In this document: one piece after another, positions 51,531 through 62,000 of the stretch
Layout of the letters: the number at the start of each line of letters is the position of its first letter
Position numbering within the stretch: the first letter of the stretch is position 1
Source: Lama guanicoe
Taxonomy: Eukaryota
Direction: 5' to 3'
NCBI GenBank assembly: GCA_013239625.1
Contig: MU054391.1
Span: forward strand, 4,421,824 to 4,483,823
DNA: 62,000 bases
Made by a program: the position numbers and the translations under genes
Notes under the pieces: model-generated
Seen by the model: the letters and a program-made list of their open reading frames with translations, nothing else
Database searches by the model: none
Told to the model about the DNA's origin: nothing

Positions 51531-52939
51531 TGGCTGGGGTTGTGACATGGAAAGAAACCAAGGTGCTGGTCACCGGTAGCTGTGCCAGTCTAGAGCTGGT
51601 CCCTCCCCTGGGGACGCTGGGTTCAGGGCACAGACAGCGGAGCCATTGGACCATCGCTTCAGTTCCATCCAAGGACAAATTAGGCCAGACCCGCGGACCT
51701 GGGAGCGCCGGCTGGCGCCGCACAGCCTGCAGAGGGCAGCGTTGCTGTCAGGATGAGGGCGCTGGCCGCGCTCCGCAGGGGGCGTCCGCCTGGAGGACTC
51801 TGAAGGTGGGGAGAGGCAGGTGGGGAGGGTGGGGAGCAGGGCGCTGCTCCATGGCCTCTTACAAAGTTCTGGGAAAAGTCCAGACCATCTCCCCAGAGCA
51901 GGGCTACCCGATTCCTTGGGGAAGAGGGCGGAAGGCCGACAGCAGCTGAGAGGATGGAGGAGCCATCAGCCAGGGGAAGGGGCGGGGGGAGCCCCCGGGA
52001 GGCCCAGGCTCTGGGCTGAGGCTTTCCAAGTTAGTCCCCAAGATGGGTCCTCTCACCAGGAAACAGCTCCTGGATTCATGACAAGTGGGAGTGACAAGAG
52101 GGAATGTCATTGACTCGAATTGAGTGGATTCAGTGGGAAGGCGCATGACTTGGCATTAGCTCCCTTTGTGTGGCAGGAGCCGCCACTGGTCACCACCAAG
52201 CTGGTGGTCACAGCTGGGACCTTCGGGCTCCAGGGACCAGAGGGGAGCAGGGCTGTGCCTTGGACTCCCCCCCCATCACTGTTTTCCTTCACCGGGAACC
52301 CATCCCTGGCCCAGAGGGTCTTCCTGAGGCCCCTTCTTTTATTTCCTCAAGCCTCAGCTGGGTCCTTCCACCCGCCTTCCTCTCTCAATGTCTCTGGGGT
52401 CCTCCAACCGAGACTTATCGGGGAGGGGAGTTCCCCCCAACTCACTTGCTGTCCCTGAAAGCGAGCTCACAGCTTCTCTGCACAGTGCAAGACTGGGGGT
52501 GGGGCCATCCGGGCGGGGGGTCCCGGAGGGGAGAACCCACTGCTGCAGAGAATGGGGCTCGCCTGCCCTCTCTCTCTGCCGTGTCTCTGAGCTGAGAACC
52601 TTGGTGCAGCTGTGCTGCCTCAAAGCCCCTCTGCTCAGGGAGCCCAGAGTTTCCAGAGATGCCCAGAAAGCAGCGCCATCCGGTCCCTTCAGACCCTCCT
52701 AACAGGTCTCAACCCAGAATCTACGTCCAGGGCCCTGTGGACGGGTGGACGCCTGCCCGGGGCTTCCTGCCCCAGGAGAGGACGGTTCCCTGGGTGTTTC
52801 CTCACACTGTGAGTGGGTCTCTCCCTGTCCCCGGGCCTCAGTTTCATCACCTGACATGTGAGAAGGATGCCAAGGTGACCTTCGAGCTCCAGGGTGGTTT
52901 CCAAGCACTGGTTCACTTCATTCTGGCCCCCCCCCCATC

Positions 52940-54180
52940 TCCACACCAAACAGTCTCTTCCAAAGACCACCAATTCCTCCGGGTTGTTAAACACAGTGGA
53001 CAGTTTTCAATTCTTATTTAATTTGAATTTTCAGCAGCATTTATGACTTATCGCCGCTCCCTCTGTCTGAGAAGAACGACTTTTCTCGGCTTCATGAGGA
53101 AACACAGCCTTTCCTTCTCATCTGCAGGTGCCCTCCACCGTGGGGCCGTGAGATGCTGCAGCCCCGTGTCTGCTTCCCCAGCCTTTCAGTCTCTAGTCTT
53201 TCCTTAGATGACCTCAGTCCTGACTCCTTCCTACCTTGCGGATGGCTTACAGCATCATTGCTCCGACACAGATCTCCCCTCTGAAATCAGACAGCTAATC
53301 GCTTACCTAAGAAATCCAGTTAGGTGTTTTCAAAGCGCCTCCAGTTCCACATCTCAGATTCCAAATTCATGTCATTTTCCCAGGAAACACTGTCTCCCTG
53401 TGTTTCCCACCTCACTGAAGCATCACCATTCACACTTGGGCATCAGGCAGAAACCTAGAGGTGACCCATAACATCTGCCCTTAACTCAGTCTCCTTATTC
53501 AGTGTCTCACAGAATCCGAATGATGCTACTTCTGAAATGTCTCTCAAAACCATCCACCACTGCTCCCCTTGGTGGCCCCCCACACTGGCCCGGCCACCGT
53601 CACCTGTTGTGTGGGTCTGAGCAAAGATTCTCTAGCGAGTCCACGTGACCCCCTCTGCCCCACCTCCACACCCCAGCTGGATCTGCTGCCAGGAATCCGC
53701 AGTCTGCTGCCCCAGCCCTTCCCGCCCATAGGTCTTATAATGAAGCCAACAAAGCTCTGCATGGTCTGGCCCCAACCTGTCCAGTGTCACCCCCCCAGGG
53801 ACCATCCTTACCGTCCCTGCTCCAAGCACACTCCATTCTTCCCATCACCAGGAGGATACGATCTCCCACTTGGAGCAGCTCTCCTGTTCCTCCGTCTCCT
53901 CGTCACCTGGTTAAACTCACCCACCCTTCACATCCCAGCTCGAGTGGTTTTCTAAGGGAACACTGTGTCTGTCAAGTCCACGGTCAAAGGCATTCCCAAA
54001 GTTCCGTACTTCTTTTTCATGGTGCTTTCACGGTAGAAGTCCACATCCACTGCTTGTCACTTACTCATTGCCTGTCTCCCTTACCGGACTGAGGTTCTAC
54101 AAGGGCCAGGCTACGTCTGAACTCGTCCCCTATTCCCAGTGCCCAGCACATGGTAGATGCTTAATGGCTCAATGAACGAT
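52940..54180 (+). mobile_element. Long L2 remnant (RT region to 3' end)
   Basis: GGACAGTTTTCAATTCTTATTTAATTTGAATTTTCAGCAGCATTT translates to GQFSILI*FEFSAAF (L2 RT motif GQFSVLILLDLSAAF); ends CCCAGTGCCCAGCACATGGTAGATGCTTAA. Confidence 0.85.
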
Positions 54181-54219
54181 GCTACATCACAAAGCGCCTT
54201 TTAGTTCTTTAAATCAATC

Positions 54220-54400
54220 TGCACAGCAGAGCAGGAGTCAGAATGGACTGGGAATGAATAGATGTGGCTTCAGGTCTTGCCTTTTTGGTGTTTGCTGTGT
54301 GACTGTGGCCTTAGTTTCCTCATCTGTGACATCAATGCATCATTCTAGTTGATCTGAGATCAAGTTTGCATGTCTTAGGATTCCCTGATCTGCCTCGGAT
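54220..54400 (+). mobile_element. MIR
   Basis: GCTGTGTGACTGTGGCCTTAGTTTCCTCATCTGT. Confidence 0.7.
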
Positions 54401-54795
54401 GACTTAAAGCAGGGGCTCTTCCGTGCAGGAAGACTGCACAGGGCATTTCTAAGATGTTTTGTAAGGCGCTGGGATGTCGGCTTTCCAGTCATCATATTCT
54501 CAGCAACCTGACTCCGAATGTTGCAGGGGCTTAAATTCCCGCGCGTCCGTGAACTCATTAAATGCCGTATGAGGAAGTTCAACAACATAAACCACTCCTG
54601 TCGGTCTACTGGTAGGTTTCTGACTGGCCTCCTTGATTTCACGTAGATCCTCATATTTCAAAAACCTGACATCCAAGTGAACCCAAGGCGAGCAGGTGTT
54701 TATTAACTGTATGACTACGGGTCAGTTTCTTTAGTTACTGAGGATCAGTTTGATCTGCAATAAACTGCAAATAAAAACATATTGTATACATAAAC

Positions 54796-54994
54796 CAGTG
54801 CTGTCTAATAGAACGTTCTGTGATGCAGGTAATGTTTTATCTCTGTGCTATCCAAAATGGCAGCCATAAGTCCCCTGTGGCCACGGAGTGGTTGAAATGT
54901 GGCTGGTGTGACTCAGGAACTGGTTTCTAATTGTACTTACTTTTAACTGAAATAGTTCCATGAGGCTAATGGCTACCCTTACTGGACAGAGCAG
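54796..54994 (+). mobile_element. MER3 hAT-Charlie element
   Basis: GTGCTGTCTAATAGAACGTTCTGTGATG..TGAAATGTGGCTGGTGTGACTCAGGAACTG..TGGACAGAGCAG. Confidence 0.85.
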
Positions 54995-57900
54995 AAGCTA
55001 AGTGATGGGTACGTGCAGAAGTGTCATGCATGTAACAGACCCACAGGAAATTGCTTTCCCCCAACAGCAATCCACCCTCATGGACATGACCAGGACCCTC
55101 TGTTGAACTTAACGCGTTGAGGGAATTCAGTCATGAAAAATAAGGCCCAGTGATACTATAGAAGAGAATCTTAACTTTCAACATCTGTGAGTCTCATGGA
55201 CAGCACACATTTATTCCCTCAATTATACACCCATCCCATAAATGCTTGAGGAGAGTCTATCCCATGGGGAATGAGGAGACTGTGAGGGGCACCTGCATTT
55301 CTGAAGGAGACAATGAGTCCTAAACTCTAACTACTCTGCTCCTCAGTGATATTCCTTTAAAGAGCACGAAATCCCCCTGAGATGGGCTCCCAAGTTAGTT
55401 CCAACGTTAGAACTATTCTTTTTCTTTGCTGATGCAAGTTAGGAGTGAAAAAGTAATAATGATAGATCCTTTTTACAGGCTGTAGAGGAAAGCTGTGAAG
55501 CCCATTTTTGATACTATTAAATTTAATTGTTTTAAGCAAAACACAGACAGATACACACACACACACACACAGGAACACTGGCCAGCAATTCAGCACCCTA
55601 AGTGGTCACCAACTGGAAATGGAAACACAAGTTAGGAGTGAGATCTCCCATGCCCAGCCCTCCATGCTGATTGGAAACTGCATAGCATCAAAAGATGGAG
55701 GAAATTTAGTCTTGATGAAGCATGAATGATTACGATCAGGCATGCACCAGAGAGGAAGGGGATTCCAAAGAATAAAATTCATTTGCAAACATAAGGGACC
55801 AGAACTATTGTGGCCCACGTTTATTGCCAGCTATGGCATGGGGAATGTTTGTCTGGCATCTGCCAGCAAATGGTGAAGTTCATTTCTCTGACTGTCTCCG
55901 TATGAATTTCCGACTAGCCTTGGTAACCTAGAATTCCATGGCATAAAGACATAAGAAGTATAAAACTTGTGGACAACTGAGGCCAAGACAGAAACTGTGC
56001 TTTGCAATATAGACTAAAAAGTCCATTTTTCTAAACATAGGACCCATCTAATGCCATGAGTCATTAAAAAGCAGACAGCTCACACTCCGAACGCAATTCC
56101 TTGCAGGCCTCTACTTTTATCTCTGCCTGCCCCCAAACACACACACATGCACACACACACACACTCATAGTGGCACAGCTATGTGTGGAGGTGATTTTAA
56201 GTTCAAATGATTATTAAGGGGAGGTCTGAAGGAAGAACAGTGTCATGACCTGCTCCGAAGAAGGACGGTCTCAGGCCTTGAACCTGACTGCAGGGAGAGA
56301 GAAATAGATGCGTGCAGACCAGTGAGGACTAGCTCAGGTTGACTGAGAGCTAAGTGATGAGATCTACTTCCTGTTCTGCATCCCCACCTCTGGTCGCAGT
56401 CTGAGGACTCACCCTGGGGAGACCTGCACCCTGCGGTCAGCACCCAGGGGGAGCCGACAAGGACCTGGAGAGCGGGCGCTCCTGGACACATGAGGCTGGT
56501 GGTGGGGCTGCCACACCCATGCTCTGAACATGCCTGTGATGGAGGAAGGAGAGGACCGCAGCCTGGTGCTCCCCTGAGAACACCTCTGTGCTCCTGCTGT
56601 AAGTCTGCCCATCCACGGGGGAGAAGGATTTCAAGACAAAGACCATTGAGTTGTCTGCGCCCTAGACTTATCTTGGGGCCAAGGTCCCTGCGCAAGGCCC
56701 CCCTCCCCAAGTATGAGAAGTGAGCGTGATGGCTTGTGGCTTTTGAATGTGAAATTTCCAACCTGAGTCTGTGCTGTGCTGTGCTCCAATTCTGGGTAGG
56801 GTGCCTGGATGACAAATTTCCTAGGAGGAGTTGGGGCAGCAAAGACCCCTCAAAACCCCAGCACAATGTCAAAGGGGAGAGAGTCATCCACCACAGTCTG
56901 TTCCTCTGATTTCTTCCTTTCCTGACTGCCAGGGTCAGCCACACATTCTCAGACATTCAGATCATGTCAGAGTTGATTCTGCATCTCACTTAGGTTTATG
57001 TCTGGTTTTCAGATCACAGCTTCTACGATCTTATTAACAATCCTCTTTAAAGAAAGGGAAGGGGCAGAGATATGAGAAAGGCCAAAATCCTCACAACATC
57101 CTAAAGGCTACACATTTTCCAACCCACAATCTATGTTGCAAAAACATTCAGTTCAGTCAAGTTGTACTGCAATTTAAAAGCAATTACTTCCCTTTGCCAA
57201 AGCACCCAGAGGCTAAAGGGTGAAAATTAAAAATTTACCGATTTTAGAGATAATGATGTGTGCATAATAAATGAATAGGCTACATTTCCACGTGTAAAGG
57301 CATTTAGACACATTAACTGGTTTTGTTAATGACATATTTGGGACAGATAAGTGAACAACTTACCTACAGTTCATTTCAAACTTGACTGATAGAATTTTTA
57401 CCTTCCGAACTGAAGGCATGCAGTTAACATATCACCATCAGATGCTCTCCATCCTCTGCAAGATGTCTGTCAAAGTATCTGCAAGGGCACCTTCCAGTGC
57501 AATGGATGTGCCCCCGTGCATCCGCGGGAGCCAGGGGCCAGCTCTTCCAACGATTAGCATCTTTGTTGGCCTCTGATTGTCAGGAGGAGCCTAGGGCCTG
57601 TCCCATGTGTTTGTCACACTGTGTGGGTGGGGTTCGTCTGGATTTACAGTTGTGCCTTTTCTTCAACAAATGCAGAGGTCAAGGCCTCCTGAGCCTCTCA
57701 GATGGCTTGGTGGCTGGGTCTGCAGGCACCCGAAGGAGACGGAGGGTCAGAGCCCAGAGACCCCAAGGGGTGAACATTTTTGGAGCATCAGAACAGCCGT
57801 ACTGGTGAAGACCGAACAACCTGACAGGCTGCAGCCAAACCAGTTACAACAAAAATTAAAAAGGAAGGAGGAGAATCACATGGGAAGAAAACATGGATTT

Positions 57901-58189
57901 TAAGCATGCCATTCTGCCTTATTTTCAAATCTAGAGCTGATCCTGGTCCCCTACCCTACCCCAGAAGAGCGTAATTGAGTGTCTGGACTAGACCGCTGCA
58001 TTCTTAGTTAAGATCCATGTATCCAGCTACCTCAGCGCCTTCAAATAATTTTGGAAATAAATTTTAAAAAACCAAGGCTCCACATATGATGCCAATGGCT
58101 CTTGGGAAATCCATGCATGAAGCTTGAGGGGCAAGTAGGTGGGAGGGTGCATTTCCTTTTTCTTCCTGGAGCACAACCAGTTTGTTATC

Positions 58190-59330
58190 AATTAATACAA
58201 AATATATCCAATCTCCCAAAACTGCCTTCAGCTCTCTTACAGATTAGTTCACTTTAGTGAACTTTTACTGAAAATGTCAATAAATGTCAGTAAAATAATT
58301 TTTCTAATTAATTATAAAATAACTTCTAATCCAAATTCCAATTGACATATTTTGTGCATTAACAAAATGATTCTGAAATTCATTTTGAAGAATATCTAAA
58401 GATAACTTTAAATATTTTTAAATAGAAAAGATTAATGGAGAAATGGTATCTAACTAAATTGTAAAACTTGTTTTAAACCCGATTTGAGAAAAAAAAAATT
58501 GTAGTGTCAGTGTCAGAAGAATTGACAGACGAATACACACAAGGGAGAAGACAGTGAGAGAAGACACAAATATCACAAACCAGAAAGGAAAGACGGGCTA
58601 TCAGTGTGACTAGTGTTTATTCGATTAACAACTAAAATTAAATAAGAACTTTACTTTCCATCATCCACCAAAGATGCACTCTGCATTTATTAGAGAGAGA
58701 ACTACTTTTCAAAGAATTCACTAAAAGGAAACTATACATGAATCTTCAATTGCTCTTTATAGGAGATAACTTCCTAAGCATTTAAATAATAAAAAAAGAA
58801 AATCATTGCTAAGTTTGAATGATGCAACAGATAATGTAATGACCACATTATAAGGCAAATAACAAGGTAAAGGAGCTGGAAATATATTCACAATTAGTAT
58901 GATAAAAGATCAATATTCTTAATATGTAAAGGGCGCTTACTTATTCATCAAGAATAAAACCTGAAAGCATTCAAATTGTTTTTACATATGAAAATGACTA
59001 TACACAAAGTTCACAGAATCAGTACAAATGATTAACACATTTGAAAATAGGTCCCACCAACTGACAAACTAAGATGCCATGTTTTACCCACCAGGGTGCT
59101 AAGGATTTGTGGATGACACTTCACAGTGCTGCAAGCATATGGCGGAAAGGGTGCACATGTATCATCCTTAAAGAGAAAAGTGTGGAAATATACATCAAGA
59201 ATGTTTAAAAGAAACTAGAATTAAAGGAAACAATCCTAACCAAACAGGGGTTCTAAGCTGTACATACAGGCGTGCTCCCCATGGCCATGCCTTGTCATTG
59301 CAAACCCAGGCAGTGGTTAATGCCTTAACA
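58190..59330 (+). mobile_element. Ancient L1ME-like fragment
   Basis: A-rich; AAAATGATTCTGAAATTCATTTTGAAGAA, TAATATGTAAAGGGCGCTTAC, GATGCCATGTTTTACCCACCAG. Confidence 0.65.
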
Positions 59331-60375
59331 GTCCTGAAAACCAGGGCCAGTGACCCGCTCTGGGTCTCACTTACGTATGTCCTTGTAACAAAGCCTGGCA
59401 CAGTGGGTGTTCAACCCGTCACTGTTTCTTGCCATCTTTTGTTTTCCCAGCAAGATGCTGGCAGCAACTTCTCGCTCCCCGTTCATGTGGCTCTTCCTGC
59501 CAAGAACCCCTGATCCGAGGGGCCCTCTCAGCTCCTCAGGCCCTGGGAGCAGCTGGCCTCCAAATATTGACAACTCGGAAAGTTTGCACACTGAAATGAG
59601 CACGTGAGCCAAAAATTCACTTATTGCGATGGTGCCCTCGAGATGGTAGATAATTGAGGAACATTATTTGTTACAAAGAATATTTACACTCACAGTGATT
59701 TATATGCAATTGCCAGTACATGTGGTGAAACAACTTGCTTGGGTGGGTGACATGTGTTTGCGTTCAAGAAACGTAAAGATTCAGGAGACAGATAAATAAA
59801 CGATAGACAGACAGATAGACAGACATAATAGATATATAAACATGTACGTCACAGAGAAATTAGAAAATGAGGGAAATCATTCACATTATGAGAGAATTCA
59901 TGAAAGAAGCAGGTCTACCTTAAGACTCCCAGCCCATTGACAGAAGTTAAAAATGTAATTAATTGGACTTTCAGAAGTACAAGTTAGAGTCAGTATTTCA
60001 GGGGCACATATATTTCATCACCTGAGGCACACGTGGAAAATATTTCTTGTTTATTTACACTGAAAATCATAGTTATCAATGCCTTCTGACCTTCCAGGAC
60101 GAATTCCGAAACACCGGCACACAGCGGGAAATGGCTCGGGAGCGTGCGCACAGAGAGCGTGCGCACAGAAGGGGTCCCTCAGGGAGATGAACCTGTTTCT
60201 TAATTCATTCGCTTATTGAACAGCTTAAAAATTAGCACAAGCATTCTCAAAGTGCTTAAGAGACCTCAACACAACAATGGCTCAGAAAACGTGGCCAAAT
60301 CCAATGCAGTCAATTTAGGGCCATGTCCGTTTAAAAAGAATTCACATATTTTAGTATCTGCAGTAGTTAGTACTT

Positions 60376-60618
60376 GAGTTGGGAATTCGCAGATGCACAC
60401 TACTGTGTATAAAATAGATAAACAGCAAGGTCCTACTCTAGAGCACAGGGAACTATATTCAATATCTTGTAATAGCTTATAATGGAAAAGAATATGAAAA
60501 GGAAATATATATATGTATAACTGAATCACTATGCTGTACCCCAGAAATTAACACAACATGGTAAACTGACTTGACTTCAAAAAAAATTAATTAAAAAAGA
60601 CAAATAAATTAATAAACA
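60376..60618 (+). mobile_element. Lineage-specific L1 3' end
   Basis: ATAAAATAGATAAACAGCAAGGTCCTACTCTAGAGCACAGGGAACTATATTCAATATCTTGTAATA..A-rich tail. Confidence 0.92.
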
Positions 60619-61642
60619 GAATTCAGACAGAATTTAGTTTGAATCAAAATTTTAATGAAACAGCTGATTATTGGCCTGGAAATAATTATTTCGTTGGATG
60701 AATACTTCTTAATCTTGAAACCTATGGGAACTCCCGTGTCTGCCCAAATCCCTAGGTGTCAGTGACCGGAACTGTCCATCCGTCTATTCACTTTTCAGAA
60801 TGGAGACTGGTTAAAAGCTTGTATCAGCACTTTTTAAAACTTCTCATCTCAGCACGTTAGCACTTTCTTGTGTGTCTTTGAGAAAATTTGTATTAACGAA
60901 CGAAAATGTTTAATCCCTGAAATAATGTCATCTTAACCACACTGACATCTTTAATCCTGAATCTCTAGCCACTAAAACCAAGTCATGTCCACGAGGGAAC
61001 CACAGCCACAAACACTGTTTCTTCCCCTTAAACTCAACTTAGTGTTTTCATTCCTTTTGGCTTTGTCTCAGACTGTCCTACAAATCAACATTCCCTGCTT
61101 CTCAGCAACAAGATGAGGTGAGCCACTCCTTTTCCAAATTACAGAGATCCAGGGACGCAAAGGTTGAGAGTAAATAAGACGAGGCTAAAGTAAGTCCAGA
61201 GGCGAACACTCCTTGCTCCAGCTCTCGCCCAGCAGTAAACACACGCTCACCACGTTTCTCCTTTGTAGATTCTGAACAAGTTTCATGAGCCAGTATCTCA
61301 AACATCTGCCTTCATTATAATTATATTTCTATTTCAGCTGCACCAAGCTATTTACAGACGAGCCTGTTCATAAAGAGCTTTATAATTAAGCAAACAGAAA
61401 TATCTTTTTATAGGATGCAGATCTAGGGGTGATAATCACACACAAAATACACAGCAACAGTTGCAAATAGAGTGTTTAATGCTAGTTATATAGTTAGTGA
61501 TGTGCTCAATAAAGCTTGACATGTCTTTGTTCCTAAATACGAGAAAATATGGTCTTTGCTACACAGCAGTGTAAACTGTCTTCTTCTCTTATTTTTTTTT
61601 TTAAAGCAAAGGCCATATTTTTCAGGGTGGGTTCTTAAAATG

Positions 61643-61675
61643 TGTCTGTGTGTGTGTGTGCATGTGTGTGTGTGT
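61643..61675. repeat. (GT)n microsatellite
   Basis: Directly visible. Confidence 0.9.
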
Positions 61676-61856
61676 TTTATTTAACAATAGAGTTAGAAAA
61701 GACACACACATATTCTCCAGCTTAGTAGGGTTTGAGAACTTGGAGAAAGAGAACTGATTCTGAATATAAGTAATAATGTATGGACACAGAGTGTGACAGA
61801 TTAAATTAGTAGATAGTAGGTATTATGGGATGGTCCTATAGAAGTAGCTACCAGAC

Positions 61857-61911
61857 AAAAAAAATAAAATAAAATAAAATAAAACAAAACAAAATAAAAT
61901 AAAATAAAATA
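61857..61911. repeat. (AAAAT/AAAAC)n pentanucleotide repeat
   Basis: Directly visible. Confidence 0.9.
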
Positions 61912-62000
61912 CTAACCACAGGATAAATTTTTCCTGTTTCAGTTAAAGTCTACCCAAGTGCTCGAGAGTTCCCCAGAAGGGCCGTAAAATGCTCATACAC

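Noticed and set aside
54505..54666. Possible minus-strand exon (FLKYEDLREIKEASQK..)
   Set aside because: Weak acceptor tract and donor, no recognised homology
58246..58295. Two short inverted repeats (AGTTCACT/AGTGAACT; TTTTACTGA/TCAGTAAAA)
   Set aside because: Short, AT-rich and inside a decayed L1; likely chance

Overview
Mammalian genomic DNA, most likely camelid (camel, alpaca or llama). The basis is two copies of a tRNA-derived SINE with the head GCTCAGNGGTARAGCRCATGCTTAGCATGCACGAGG..CCTGGGTTCAAT, young Cetartiodactyla-type L1 3' ends, and no Alu, Bov-A/tA or PRE-1 seen. I cannot recognise any protein-coding gene, RNA gene or CRISPR array. The long ORFs in the track come from a microsatellite or from GC-rich sequence. 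The window reads as GC-rich intergenic or lncRNA-type regulatory DNA packed with transposable elements (L1, L2, MIR, MaLR/ERV LTRs, hAT MERs), including three nested insertions with readable target-site duplications. Notable items are two orphan CpG islands (~1.5-2.4 kb and ~26.55-27.45 kb), each with a candidate first-exon splice donor and each partly built from GC/CpG-enriched old TE sequence. There is also a 1,026-nt all-purine tract holding 20 perfect copies of a 44-bp (AAAG)6(AG)10 unit, several immune/haematopoietic-type motif clusters, and an inverted double ARE/MARE. I found no evidence of a novel coding system. Repeat family names are from memory of consensus sequences, and boundaries without TSDs are approximate.
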